A stretch of 64,000 bases of DNA from an uncultured Chloroflexia bacterium. Lineage in GTDB: Bacteria; Chloroflexota; Limnocylindria; Limnocylindrales; CSP1-4. Shown in pieces: positions 20,553 through 30,292 of the stretch. The translations under genes and the position numbers were made by a program. Under the pieces are notes generated by a model. The model searched no databases and was not told where the DNA came from. It saw only the letters and a program-made list of their open reading frames with translations. The DNA is taken from positions 542,113 to 606,112 of the forward strand of contig CAVQYA010000001.1 of assembly GCA_963718085.1 (NCBI GenBank), in the 5' to 3' direction. Numbering within the stretch: the stretch's first letter is position 1; each line of letters begins with the position of its first letter.

Positions 20553-21251
20553 GTGCGCGATCCGCTCGAGAGCCAGGCGGCTTCCGTCCCCGACGTCCTC
20601 CTCTACCTGGCGGGCATCGCCGGGGTGGCCGCAGGCATCACCCTCAACTTCCTCGGCATGCGCGCCGTCATGGAGATCGGCGGCGCCTGCGCCGACGGCG
20701 GTCCGTACGTGAGCGCCCGGCCTTGTCCGGACGGGGTTGTGCTCGTGGTGATGCTGGGCGGCTTCGGCGGGGTCGGCTCGCTCCTCCTTGCCGCCTGGAA
20801 GGGCCTTTCCGTCGGCGATGGCGCGGTCGGCGTGCTCTTCCTCGGCTGGCCCGCGCTGTTCGGCTCGCTCGGGTTCAACTTCCTGGAATACGGGCTCGAC
20901 CCGCCGGGCGCGCAGCCCGGCTGGGAATGGGGGTCCCTCGCCTGCGGAATCGTCTTCGAGGCGCTGGCGATCGGGCCGCTGCTCCTCCGCGCCCGGAGCG
21001 CCAGGTCCGGCGGCGACTCGGCGGCCGCAGCGACCCGATCCCTCGCCGTCAACCGGCACGGCGAGGGATCGGACGCCGCGGACTCGGCGGACACGGCGGA
21101 CGCGGCCGAGACGGCGGACTTGGCCGATGCGCCCGCCGACGCCCTCGTCGACGGGCTGGAGCGCCTCGCGGCGCTGCAGCGGGCGGGCTCACTCACCGAC
21201 GACGAGTACGCCCGGGCCAAGGCCGAGCTGCTCGAGAGGGAAGGCGCATGA
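20553..21251 (+). CDS. Membrane protein with a C-terminal SHOCT domain
   Basis: 232 aa with about 4 hydrophobic segments, an acidic D/A-rich linker, and a SHOCT-like tail (LERLAALQRAGSLTDDEYARAKAELL). Confidence 0.7.
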   Translation: MRDPLESQAASVPDVLLYLAGIAGVAAGITLNFLGMRAVMEIGGACADGGPYVSARPCPDGVVLVVMLGGFGGVGSLLLAAWKGLSVGDGAVGVLFLGWPALFGSLGFNFLEYGLDPPGAQPGWEWGSLACGIVFEALAIGPLLLRARSARSGGDSAAAATRSLAVNRHGEGSDAADSADTADAAETADLADAPADALVDGLERLAALQRAGSLTDDEYARAKAELLEREGA

Positions 21252-21340
21252 GCGAGCGACGCGTCCTCCGCCTGCTGGTGCTGCTGGCGATCGCGCTGGG
21301 CATCGTCGCCGGCTGCTGGCTGTTCGGCGCCCTCACCTGA
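21249..21340 (+). CDS. Possible 30-aa single-TM micro-protein, translationally coupled (ATGA overlap)
   Basis: MSERRVLRLLVLLAIALGIVAGCWLFGALT. Its ATG overlaps the TGA of the SHOCT gene. There is no homology evidence. Confidence 0.35.
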
Positions 21341-21358
21341 CCTGCGCGACGGTAGCCG

Positions 21359-23599
21359 TCAGCCCAGCTCGCGCTGCACGGAGAGGACGTCCTTGACCTG
21401 CTCGATGCGCCCCATGACTCGGGCGAGCTGGGAGACGGAGGCGACCTGGAGCGTCGCCACCACGATCGCAGTGTGGTCCTGGGTGACCGACAGGTTCGCC
21501 GCCAGGATGTTGACCTTGCTCTCGGCGACGGCGCCCGCGATGTCGTTGAGGAGCCCCGTCCGATCGTGGGACTCGACCCGGATCGCGATGGGATAGGTCT
21601 GGGCCGGCGCGGCCTCCCATTCGACGTCGATGAGGCGGGCCACCTCGCGCTCGTTCACGATCGTCGGGCAGCGGTTGAGATGGACCGTGACGCCCTTGCC
21701 CCGGGTGATGAAGCCGACGATCGGGTCGCCGGGGATCGGGTGGCAGCACTTCCCGAACCGGACGAGGAGGTCGCCCACCCCCTTGACCCGAACCCCGCCG
21801 GTGCGGGCCTGGGTCGGCGCGGTGACCGGCAGGGCGAGCTGCCCGTCGTCCACGACGCCGAGCCGCATGACGACCGACTGCGCCGAGATCGCCCCGTACC
21901 CGATGGCGGCGTAGAAGTCGTCGAGCGACTCCTGGCTGTGGTGCTTCGCGACCTCCATGAGCCGGTCGTGGCCGACGGCCGCGACCGTCGTCCGGGCCAG
22001 GCGCCGGAGCTCGCGCTCGAGCGCCTCCCTGCCGTGGACGATGTTCTCGTCGCGGTCCTTCTTCTTGAACCACTGGCGGATCTTTTCGCGGGCGTGCGAG
22101 GTCCGGACGATCGAGAGCCAGTCCCGCGACGGGCCGTGCTCGGCCTTGGTCGTCACGATCTCCACGATGTCGCCGTTCCGCAACCGGTAGTCGAGCGGGA
22201 CGAGGCGGTTGTTCACCTTCGACCCGATCGTCCGGTGACCCACGTCGGTGTGGATCCGGTAGGCGAAATCGAGCGGCGTCGCGCCCGACGGCAGGTCCTT
22301 GATGTCACCCTTCGGGGTGAAGACGAAGACCTGGTCCTGGAAGATGTCGAGCCTGATCCCCTCGACGAACTCGCGGGCGTCCGAGACTTCCCGCTGCCAG
22401 TCCATCAGCTGGCGGAGCCAGGCGAGCTTCGCGTCGTAGTCGCGCTCGGCGCGCGAGCCCTCCTTGTATCGCCAGTGGGCCGCGATCCCCACCTCACTGA
22501 CGGCGTGCATCGCGTGGGTCCGGATCTGGATCTCGAGGGGCTTGCCGTCGAGGGCGATCACGGCCGTGTGGAGGCTCTGGTAGCCGTTCGGCTTGGGGAC
22601 CGCGATGTAGTCGTCGAACTGGCCGGGGATCGGCTTCCAGAGGCTGTGGACGACGCCGAGCGCGGCGTAGCAGTCGCGCACCTCGTCGACCAGGAGGCGG
22701 ATCGCATACACGTCGTAGATCTCGCCGAAGGCCGCCGCCTTGCGCTGCATCTTCTTCCAGATGCTGTACAGGTGCTTGGGCCGGCCATTGAGGTCGGCGA
22801 CGATGCCGGCCTTCTCGAGCTCCGGCGTGAGGATCGCCATCGCCCGGTCGATGTACGACTCGCGGTGGTGGCGCCGGGTGTCGAGGTTCGCGGCGAGCTC
22901 TCGGTAGCGCTCGGCGTCGAGCGCCTTGAACGCGAGGTCCTCGAGCTCCCATTTGACCTGCCAGATCCCCAGCCGCTCGGCAAGGGGGGCGTAGATCTCC
23001 ATCGTCTGGCGGGCGATCCGCTGCTGCTTGTCGGGAGGCAGCCCTTCGAGCGTCCGCATGTTGTGGAGCCGGTCGGCAAGCTTGATGAGGACGACCCGGA
23101 TGTCCTGGGCCATCGCCAGGAGCATCTTCCGGATGTTCTCGGCCTGCTGCTCCTCGAACGAGTGGGTGGAGAACTTCGAGAGCTTGGTGACCCCGTCTAC
23201 GAGCTGCGCCACCTCCGGGCCGAAGCGCTCCTCGACGTCGGAGAGGCCGTACTCCGTGTCCTCGGGAACGTCGTGGAGAAGCGCCGCCTGGATGGCGGAG
23301 GTGTCGAGACCGAGCTCGGCGAGAGTCAGGGCCGCGGCGATCGGGTGGGTGACGTAGGGCACGCCGGTTGCCCGCAGCTGGCCCTCGTGGGCGGCGGCGG
23401 CGAAATCGAGGGCGCGGGCGATGGCCTCCCCGTCCGCGCCCGGAGAGTGAACGGCCACCGCCCCCAGCAGCTCGCGCCGCAGGACCGGCAGGGGGCGGTC
23501 GTCGCCCCGCACCCGGCGTCCGCTCGGTGCGCGCCGGCGCCTCGCGGCCGGCGGTCCGGCCGACGAAGGAGAGGCGGCGGGCAGCTGCTCGAGGGACAT
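21359..23599 (-). CDS. relA: Bifunctional (p)ppGpp synthetase/hydrolase (RelA/SpoT homolog)
   Basis: 746 aa with an HD hydrolase domain (YVTHPIAAA, HDVPEDT), a synthetase domain (YQSLHTAV), a TGS domain and a C-terminal ACT domain. Confidence 0.95.
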   Translation of the reverse strand: MSLEQLPAASPSSAGPPAARRRRAPSGRRVRGDDRPLPVLRRELLGAVAVHSPGADGEAIARALDFAAAAHEGQLRATGVPYVTHPIAAALTLAELGLDTSAIQAALLHDVPEDTEYGLSDVEERFGPEVAQLVDGVTKLSKFSTHSFEEQQAENIRKMLLAMAQDIRVVLIKLADRLHNMRTLEGLPPDKQQRIARQTMEIYAPLAERLGIWQVKWELEDLAFKALDAERYRELAANLDTRRHHRESYIDRAMAILTPELEKAGIVADLNGRPKHLYSIWKKMQRKAAAFGEIYDVYAIRLLVDEVRDCYAALGVVHSLWKPIPGQFDDYIAVPKPNGYQSLHTAVIALDGKPLEIQIRTHAMHAVSEVGIAAHWRYKEGSRAERDYDAKLAWLRQLMDWQREVSDAREFVEGIRLDIFQDQVFVFTPKGDIKDLPSGATPLDFAYRIHTDVGHRTIGSKVNNRLVPLDYRLRNGDIVEIVTTKAEHGPSRDWLSIVRTSHAREKIRQWFKKKDRDENIVHGREALERELRRLARTTVAAVGHDRLMEVAKHHSQESLDDFYAAIGYGAISAQSVVMRLGVVDDGQLALPVTAPTQARTGGVRVKGVGDLLVRFGKCCHPIPGDPIVGFITRGKGVTVHLNRCPTIVNEREVARLIDVEWEAAPAQTYPIAIRVESHDRTGLLNDIAGAVAESKVNILAANLSVTQDHTAIVVATLQVASVSQLARVMGRIEQVKDVLSVQRELG

Positions 23600-23679
23600 C
23601 GGTGCGGCGAGGATAGCAGGGCGGCAGCGGCCGGCCGCCGAGGGTTTCTCGTTGGCCCGCGGAGGGGTTCCTCGTCGCT

Positions 23680-23721
23680 GGGCGTCCCCGCGGCGCGAAG
23701 GGTCGCGGGGCGGGGACGCCC
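23680..23721 (-). terminator. Long GC-rich hairpin downstream of murE (terminator-like, no U tract)
   Basis: GGGCGTCCCCG (23680-23690) pairs with CGGGGACGCCC (23711-23721). There is an inner CGCGA/TCGCG stem. The hairpin lies between the murE stop (23732) and the relA start (23599). Confidence 0.4.
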
Positions 23722-23731
23722 GGCGCGCCGA

Positions 23732-25459
23732 TCAGGCCAACGCCGGGCCCCGCTCTCCTGCGAAGCCCCGCTCCTCGAGGAGCCGCTCCGCCACCGCCCG
23801 CTCGTCCCACGCCACCTCGCGGCCGTCGTACAGGATCGCTCCCTCGTGGCCCTTGCCGGCGAGGAGGACGACGTCGCCCGGGCGAGCGCGTGCGAATGCC
23901 GCCCGGATCGCGGCCTCGCGGTCGGCGATCAGCAGGAGGTCGTCGCCGCGGCGCCTGCCGGCCGCCTCGGCGCCCTGCGCGATCTGCTCGAGGATCGCGG
24001 CGGGATCCTCGCCGCGGGGATCCTCGTCCGTCGCGACCACGAGGCGGCACCGTTCACCGGCGACCCGGCCCTGGAGCGCCCGCTTCGCGACGTCGCGCTC
24101 CCCGGCCGACCCGAAGACCGCGATGAGCCCGCCGCCCGGGCCGACGAGCGGGGCGAGCACGTCGAGGGCAGTCTCCAGCGAGGCCGGGGTGTGGGCGTAG
24201 TCCACGACCACGAGAAACGGCTGCCCGCGATCGACGCGCTCCATCCGACCCCGGACGCCCCGGAAGCCTGCAAGCCCGTCACGGACCGCCTCGTGACCGA
24301 GCCCCAGGAGCTCGCTGAGGGCCACGACGGCCAGCGCGTTGTGGACGTTGAAGCGGCCCACGAGCGGCAGCGTGACGGTGACGACGCCCCGCGGCGTGGC
24401 CACCTCCGCCCGGATCCCCGCGGCCGTCTCGCCGACCGACATCGCCCGCACGTCGGCGCGGGCGTCGGTCCCGTAGGTCAGCAGGGTCGCGCCGGCCTCG
24501 CGCGTCGCGGCGACGAAGACGCCGGCGCTCGGGTCGTCGAGGTTGACGATGCCGCCGCGGGGCCACGGCCGGCCGCCCGGGAGCGATGCCGGCTTCGACG
24601 GCCCCCCGGCCGCCACGGCGAGCCGCGAGAAGAGCGAGCGCTTCGCGTCGCGGTAGGCCTCGAAGGTCCCGTGGAACTCCAGGTGCTCGTGCGTCAGGTT
24701 GGTGATGACGGCTACGTCATACGGGATCTCCCCCACCCGCTCGAGCGCCAGGCCGTGCGAGGTCGACTCGATCACGGCGGCCGCGTCCCCGGCCCGCACC
24801 ATCGCCCGGAGGGCGCGCTGCAGCTCGGGCGCCTCGGGCGTCGTGACGTGGGCGGGCGTGACCCCGCTCCAGCGACCGATCTTCTGCTCGGCCGTGCTGA
24901 CCAGGCCCGTCCGGACTCCGGCGGCCTCGAGGGCGGCCACCGCCATGGACGCCGTCGTCGTCTTCCCGTCGGTCCCGGTGACGCCGATGACGCCGAGCCG
25001 GCGACCCGGGTCCTCGTACCACCAGGCGGCCACCACCGCGAGGGCGAGCTGGCTTCGGTCGACGACGAGCTGGGCGACGCCGCCGCCCGTGTCGACGAGG
25101 CGCTCGACGACCACCGCGACCGCGCCGGCCGCCACCGCGCCGGCCGCGTGGGCGTGGCCGTCCGCGTGGGCGCCTGGCACGGCCACGAAGAGCGCGCCGG
25201 GCGCGACGCGCCGGGAGTCGTAGGTCACGCCGCGAACGAGCACGCCACGCGGGTCCGCACCGTCCGCCGCCTCGACGCCGCGCAGCCGCCCGGCCGCGCG
25301 GAGGCGGTCGATCAGCGTGCCGAGCGGCCGGGCGACCCGCGGCTCCGCCTCCGCCAGCGCCGCCCGCAGTGCCGCCTCGGCCTCCGCGTCCGCGAGCGCC
25401 GCCCGCAGTCCCGCCCCGGCCTCCCCGGCCCGCAGTCCCGCCCCATCCTCGCGGCTCAT
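23732..25459 (-). CDS. murE: UDP-N-acetylmuramoyl-tripeptide synthetase MurE
   Basis: Read from MSREDG (ATG 25459). It has the Mur ligase P-loop GVTGTDGKTTT and a C-terminal DEDPRGEDP block. The Ala-rich N-terminal extension contains a short internal repeat. Confidence 0.92.
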   Translation of the reverse strand: MSREDGAGLRAGEAGAGLRAALADAEAEAALRAALAEAEPRVARPLGTLIDRLRAAGRLRGVEAADGADPRGVLVRGVTYDSRRVAPGALFVAVPGAHADGHAHAAGAVAAGAVAVVVERLVDTGGGVAQLVVDRSQLALAVVAAWWYEDPGRRLGVIGVTGTDGKTTTASMAVAALEAAGVRTGLVSTAEQKIGRWSGVTPAHVTTPEAPELQRALRAMVRAGDAAAVIESTSHGLALERVGEIPYDVAVITNLTHEHLEFHGTFEAYRDAKRSLFSRLAVAAGGPSKPASLPGGRPWPRGGIVNLDDPSAGVFVAATREAGATLLTYGTDARADVRAMSVGETAAGIRAEVATPRGVVTVTLPLVGRFNVHNALAVVALSELLGLGHEAVRDGLAGFRGVRGRMERVDRGQPFLVVVDYAHTPASLETALDVLAPLVGPGGGLIAVFGSAGERDVAKRALQGRVAGERCRLVVATDEDPRGEDPAAILEQIAQGAEAAGRRRGDDLLLIADREAAIRAAFARARPGDVVLLAGKGHEGAILYDGREVAWDERAVAERLLEERGFAGERGPALA

Positions 25460-26649
25460 CGACGCCGGCCCGCCGCGCGACCCAGGGCGTCCGGGACCGA
25501 CCGGATGGCGCGCGCGACCTGCTGCGCGCCGCTGCCGATCGCGTGTCGAGGGCCGCTCAGGACCATCTGGTGGGCTCCGGACAGCTCGATCCAGCGGCCT
25601 CCGAACGACTGCTTGTAGCGCAGCAGGCCGTAGGTCGGCTCGCCGGCCCGGGGCTCCCGCCGCGCGCCCCGGACGTCGACGCCTCCGAGGTCGAGCTCGC
25701 CACGGCCCTCCCGGGCGGCCAGCTGCAGCGCCCGCCAGAGCATCAGCCCCATCGCCCCCGGGTGAGCCGGCCGGAGCGCCGGGTCGTCCGCCGCGTGGCC
25801 GTACGTCAGGCGGTCGCCGTGGCGGTAGAAGATGGCTCCGCCGATCAGCTCGTCGCCCGGACCGACCACCTCGAGCAGGAGCATGTGGCCGGCGGCGAGG
25901 GCGTCCCGCCACCAGCCGAGCGCCGCCGAGCGGCTGCCGACGTGGAAGCCCCGCCGTTCCCCGGTGCCCACGAGAAGCGCGTGGAAGCGCACGAAAGCCT
26001 CCTCGGCCGCATCGCCCATCCCGCCCGGCGGAGGAGCCTCGAAGCCCGGCCCGGGATCGGCCCCGGCTGGCAGGTCGTAGCGGACGACCCGGATCCCCCG
26101 CTTCTCGGCTGCGAGGAGCTGCTGGCGCGTCTTCTGGGTGATCCCGGCAAGGAGCGCCGCCTCCCCGGCGCCGCGGGCGATCGGGACCCCGACCCGGTGA
26201 CGCGACGGCCCGATCTCCTCCACCTGCCGGAACCCGATCCTCGCGAGAAGGGCCGGGAAGCCGGTGTCGGCCGGGACCTCGGGATCCGCGACGATCACGT
26301 CGAAGCGGGCGTCCCGGGCCCAGGCGGCGATCGCCGCGAGCCGGCCGGCGACCACCTCCGGCACTGCCCCGGCCGCCACGGGACCGCGCGGCACGTAGGC
26401 GCGGCCGCCACCGAGGATCGGTCTCCGGCGGCCGATGACGAGCGCGACCGAGCCGTCGTCGAGGACGAGGTGGCGCGGCGTGGCTCCGGCCCGCTGCCGC
26501 TGGAGCCCCCAGGCCAGGGACTGCTGCACGTCGCCGCCCGGCACGTCCACCACGCGGCCGTCCCACGAGGCAAGCTCCTCCGGCGTGGCCTCGCGGACCA
26601 CGCGAAGGGGCGGGATCCCGGCTCCCGGGCTGAGGGCCACGGTCCTCAC
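25456..26649 (-). CDS. FemAB-family peptidyltransferase (peptidoglycan interpeptide bridge formation), paralog 2
   Basis: The GTG start at 26649 overlaps the upstream stop (GTGA). This is the 397-aa tail of track ORF 25456..28065, with FemAB-like blocks (LLRYKQSFGG, GAIFYRHGD). Confidence 0.78.
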   Translation of the reverse strand: MRTVALSPGAGIPPLRVVREATPEELASWDGRVVDVPGGDVQQSLAWGLQRQRAGATPRHLVLDDGSVALVIGRRRPILGGGRAYVPRGPVAAGAVPEVVAGRLAAIAAWARDARFDVIVADPEVPADTGFPALLARIGFRQVEEIGPSRHRVGVPIARGAGEAALLAGITQKTRQQLLAAEKRGIRVVRYDLPAGADPGPGFEAPPPGGMGDAAEEAFVRFHALLVGTGERRGFHVGSRSAALGWWRDALAAGHMLLLEVVGPGDELIGGAIFYRHGDRLTYGHAADDPALRPAHPGAMGLMLWRALQLAAREGRGELDLGGVDVRGARREPRAGEPTYGLLRYKQSFGGRWIELSGAHQMVLSGPRHAIGSGAQQVARAIRSVPDALGRAAGRRR

Positions 26650-27737
26650 CCGGCCTCGGCGCCATCGCCGGCGGCCGGCCCCGGGGCTCCCGGCCCCCTC
26701 CCCCGATCGAGCCCCGCCCGCGACCGCGCCCAACGGACGCGCGCTCCCTGGGCGGTCTCGTAGAGGCGCCGGCCCAGCGGGTCGAGCACGAGGTCCCAGC
26801 CCCCGACGTAGCGGATCTCGCGGCCGCCGAACCCCGCCTTGAATTGGGCGATGCCGGGGTTCGCGAGCCCCCACAGGTCGTAGACCGCCGCCCCTTCCTC
26901 GCGGGAGCGCCGGATCGCCTCCCACTTGAGGAGGTAGTTCGCCCGCAGGTCCGCCCCGGCGGCCGTCATGCCGCCGTAGGGCTCGACGACCCGCCGCCCG
27001 CAACGAACGACGAAGAGGCTCGCCAGCGGCGCGCCGTCCGGACCGACGGCGAAGAGGACGCGGGCCCGACCCGCCGGCCGGAATGCCTCGTAGACGTCGC
27101 GATAGGCCTGCTCGACCCGGATCAGGAAGCCGGCCCGGGCCGCCGTCTCGCGGTAGATCTCGTAGAAGGGCCCGATCGGATCGCCCGGCAGCTCGACGAC
27201 GGTCACCCCGCCGGCGCGCGCCTTGTTGACGTACTGGCGCCATTTCTTGCGGAGGTCCGACCAGAGTGCATCCTCGTCCCCCGCGAGGTCGATGACCCAG
27301 CTCGTGGGCGGCTGCACCGACGGAGCGGCCGTCCATCCCGCCGCTACGAGCCCTGCCCGCAGCGACCCGTCGGGATCGAGCGGGCCGTCCGCCTCGATCT
27401 CGGGGTCGATCCGGACGTGCGAGACGCGGCCGAGATCTCCCCGGGCGGCTCGGATCGCCGCGGTCAGCTCCCCCACCGCCTCCGCCGTCCACGACTCGGC
27501 CACGGGCCCCCGGGGTGCGTAGCCGAAGGTCCACGGCAGGGGGCGGGGCCGGCGCAGGAGGATCTGCATCCCGATCCGGGCGCCGGGACCGCCGGCGACC
27601 ACGCGCCGGGCCCCCCACCCGTTCGCTGCCTTGACCCGGGTCCAGCCGTCCAGCTGGAGGTACGAGCCCTGCTCCGTCCCCTCGACGAAGGCGTCCCACG
27701 CCGCGGGATCGCGGCGGAGATCGCCGGCGCCGCTCAT
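26646..27737 (-). CDS. FemAB-family peptidyltransferase (FemX-like), paralog 1
   Basis: Read from [20 protein letters not shown] (ATG 27737, ATGA overlap with the murJ stop), 363 aa. It has FemAB-like blocks ([47 protein letters not shown]). Confidence 0.85.
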   Translation of the reverse strand: MSGAGDLRRDPAAWDAFVEGTEQGSYLQLDGWTRVKAANGWGARRVVAGGPGARIGMQILLRRPRPLPWTFGYAPRGPVAESWTAEAVGELTAAIRAARGDLGRVSHVRIDPEIEADGPLDPDGSLRAGLVAAGWTAAPSVQPPTSWVIDLAGDEDALWSDLRKKWRQYVNKARAGGVTVVELPGDPIGPFYEIYRETAARAGFLIRVEQAYRDVYEAFRPAGRARVLFAVGPDGAPLASLFVVRCGRRVVEPYGGMTAAGADLRANYLLKWEAIRRSREEGAAVYDLWGLANPGIAQFKAGFGGREIRYVGGWDLVLDPLGRRLYETAQGARVRWARSRAGLDRGRGPGAPGPAAGDGAEAG

Positions 27738-29308
27738 GCGGCGCTCCGGCCGAGGCCTGCGCGGACGAGGCGGATCGTGGCGCCGAGCTCGGGGACGCGC
27801 AGCAGGGCGGCGAGGCCCACGTAGACGGCGAGCCCGATGAGCCCAGCGCCTCCGAGGGCGAGGACGGACGGCACGATCCCGGGATCGGTCCCCAGGGAGC
27901 TGCCGAGCACGTCGTGGGCGCGATCGGTGGCGAGCCCGGCAGCGACCGCGGCGCCGAGGTACCAAAGATGGGCGCGACCGAGCCGCAGGAGGCCGAACCC
28001 GGAATGACGCCGTCGGAAGGCGGCCAGCAGCAACGCGGCCTCCACCCACGAGGCGACCGCGACACCGAGGGCCAGGCCCATGATCCCGAGCCGGCCCACC
28101 AGGATCGTCGCCGTCCCCACGGCGACCACGACCGAGACCATCGCGGCGCCCACCGGGATCCACGTGTTGCGGGCGGCGAAGAAGGCGCGCGACAGGACGA
28201 TGATGACGGCCTCGGTGGGGAGCGCGGCCAGGAACCCGAGGAATGCCGCCCCCGTGAGGGCGATCCCGGCTTCGTCGACGCGCCCGAAGCCGACGACGAG
28301 ATGGACGACCTGGACCGCCACGCCGGCGGCGATGCAGGCCACCGGGAGCATGGCGAAGCCGAGGAGGCGCAGCGCGCGACTGACCAGCGCCACGTATTCG
28401 TCGATCGCGCCGGCGGCGACGCGCTGGGAGAGCGCCGGGAGAGCGACGATGCCGAGCGGGTAGGCGATCGTCCCGAGCGGGATCTGGAAGACCGTGAAGG
28501 CGAGGGCGAAGGCGCCGACGGCGCCCGCCGCGAGCGTGGAGCCGAGCGAGGTCAGCATGAGCAGGGTCAGCTGGCTCCCCGCCATTCCGATGGCCCGCGG
28601 CCCGAGAACGAGCAGCGTCCGCCGTGCCTCCCGGTCGCGCAGGTCGAGGGTCGGCGTGTAGTGGAAGCCGACACCCCGGAAGACGGGAATGACCTGGACG
28701 ACGAGCGTCGCCGCGGCGCCGGCGACCGTGCCCCAGGCCAAAGCGGCCAACCCGAAGGTCGGCACGAGCGTCACGGCCGCAATGATGATCACGAGGTTGT
28801 AGACGATCGGCGCCATGACCGAAGCGGCGAAGCGCCCGGCGGAGTTCAGGACGCTCGTCGCCACGGCCGACAGGGCGAGGAAGATCGGGCTCAGCAGGAG
28901 GATGCGGGTCAGCTCGACCAGGCGCGGGAGGTCGGCGGCGGCGAACCCCGGGGCGATGATGGGCGCCAGGATGGGAGCCGCGACGAACATCACGACGAGC
29001 AGGACCGCCAGCACGACCATCAGCAGGTTGGCCATGGTTGAGACGACCCGCCACGCCCGGTCCCGCTCGCCAGCGCCAACGAGCTCCGCGATCGTCGGGA
29101 TCACGGCCGAGGCGAGGGCGCCGGCCGCCACCAGCTGGAACAGGAAGTCGGGGATCCGGAAGGCGGCCGTGTAGATGTCGAGCTCGCGGCCGATCCCGAG
29201 GCTCGCCGCGATCACCGCCACCCGGACCCAGCCGAGGATCCGCGAGACGAAGAGGGCGCCCGTGACGACCATCCCCGCCCGGGCCAGGTCGCGCGCGGTG
29301 CCGCTCAT
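27734..29308 (-). CDS. murJ: Lipid II flippase MurJ (MviN)
   Basis: Read from [29 protein letters not shown] (ATG 29308), 524 aa, polytopic. It has MurJ N-terminal signatures ([14 protein letters not shown]). Confidence 0.9.
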   Translation of the reverse strand: MSGTARDLARAGMVVTGALFVSRILGWVRVAVIAASLGIGRELDIYTAAFRIPDFLFQLVAAGALASAVIPTIAELVGAGERDRAWRVVSTMANLLMVVLAVLLVVMFVAAPILAPIIAPGFAAADLPRLVELTRILLLSPIFLALSAVATSVLNSAGRFAASVMAPIVYNLVIIIAAVTLVPTFGLAALAWGTVAGAAATLVVQVIPVFRGVGFHYTPTLDLRDREARRTLLVLGPRAIGMAGSQLTLLMLTSLGSTLAAGAVGAFALAFTVFQIPLGTIAYPLGIVALPALSQRVAAGAIDEYVALVSRALRLLGFAMLPVACIAAGVAVQVVHLVVGFGRVDEAGIALTGAAFLGFLAALPTEAVIIVLSRAFFAARNTWIPVGAAMVSVVVAVGTATILVGRLGIMGLALGVAVASWVEAALLLAAFRRRHSGFGLLRLGRAHLWYLGAAVAAGLATDRAHDVLGSSLGTDPGIVPSVLALGGAGLIGLAVYVGLAALLRVPELGATIRLVRAGLGRSAA

Positions 29309-30292
29309 CGCGGCTCGGCTCCCCCGGCCCGCGGATGGGCCCGGCGGTAGACGCTGCGCAGGCGGCCCGGGGCGACGTGGGTGTAGACCTGCGTCGTCGC
29401 CAGGTCGGCGTGACCCAGCAGCTCCTGCACCACGCGCAGGTCGGCACCGCCGTCGAGGAGGTGCGTGGCAAACGAATGGCGCAGGGTGTGCGGAGTCGCG
29501 TCGTCCGGCAGGCCGGCCCGGACCGCGGCCCGGTGCAGCCGGTAGCGGATCCCGCGCGCGCCGAGCGGCGCGCCCAGGTGGTTGATGAAGAGCGCGTCCG
29601 TCGGACGCGACCCGCCGCCTCCGACGGGCGAGGAGGGCAGGCCGGCCGTCGGCGAGGTAGCCCTCCAGCGCCGATCGGGCGGGTCGGCCCAGGAGCCCGA
29701 TCCGCTCCTTGCGGCCCTTGCCGGCCACCCGGATCTCGCCGCGGACGAGGTCGAGGGCACCGAGGCGCGCGCCGGCAAGCTCCGAGATCCGCAGCCCCGC
29801 CGCGTAGGCGGTCTCCACGAGGGCGACGTCACGCAGGGCCAGCGCGTGTCGGAGCGAAGCGGACGCGGACGGCGGCCGCGCCGGGGACCCCGGGCCGGGC
29901 GCGGGCGCGGCGGCGCCCTCGTCGGCGACGGCGTCGAGGAGCCGCTCGACCTCTTCGATCGCGAGGACGGCGGGCAGCCGATGCGGTCGGCGCGGCGTCG
30001 CGAGGGCGGCCCAGGGATCCGCGCTCAGCAGGCCGGTTCGGCGGCCCCAGCGGTAGAGCGAGCGGATCGCCGCGAGGCGCTGGGCCACGGTGGTCCGGGC
30101 GCGTCCCTCCGTGAGCTCGGCGAGGTACCGCCGGAGCGTTCCCCGATCGGGCGCCCGCCAGTCGACGCCCGCGGCGTCGAGCCAGGCGAGGTAGGCCGCG
30201 AGCGCCGTTCCGTAGGCCCGGCGGGTGTGGGGAGACGCGTCGCGGGCGGCGAGACTCGCGAGGTACCGCTCGAGGGCGTCCTCGCCGTTCAC
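29305..30292 (-). CDS. xerC: Tyrosine recombinase XerC/XerD family; frame interrupted once
   Basis: The N-terminal SAM-like domain ([23 protein letters not shown]) is in the 27734..32185 frame. The catalytic domain ([35 protein letters not shown]) is in ORF 29305..29832. The shift lies between about 29596 and 29635, and the length is 988 nt = 3n+1. The GTG start overlaps the topA stop. Confidence 0.88.

Noticed and set aside
29305-30292. The tyrosine recombinase as a marker of an integrated mobile element.
   Set aside because: It is embedded by 4-nt overlaps between topA and murJ, with no flanking repeats, tRNA target or phage/IS genes. The XerC/D-type motifs and the topA-adjacent position indicate a chromosome dimer-resolution recombinase.
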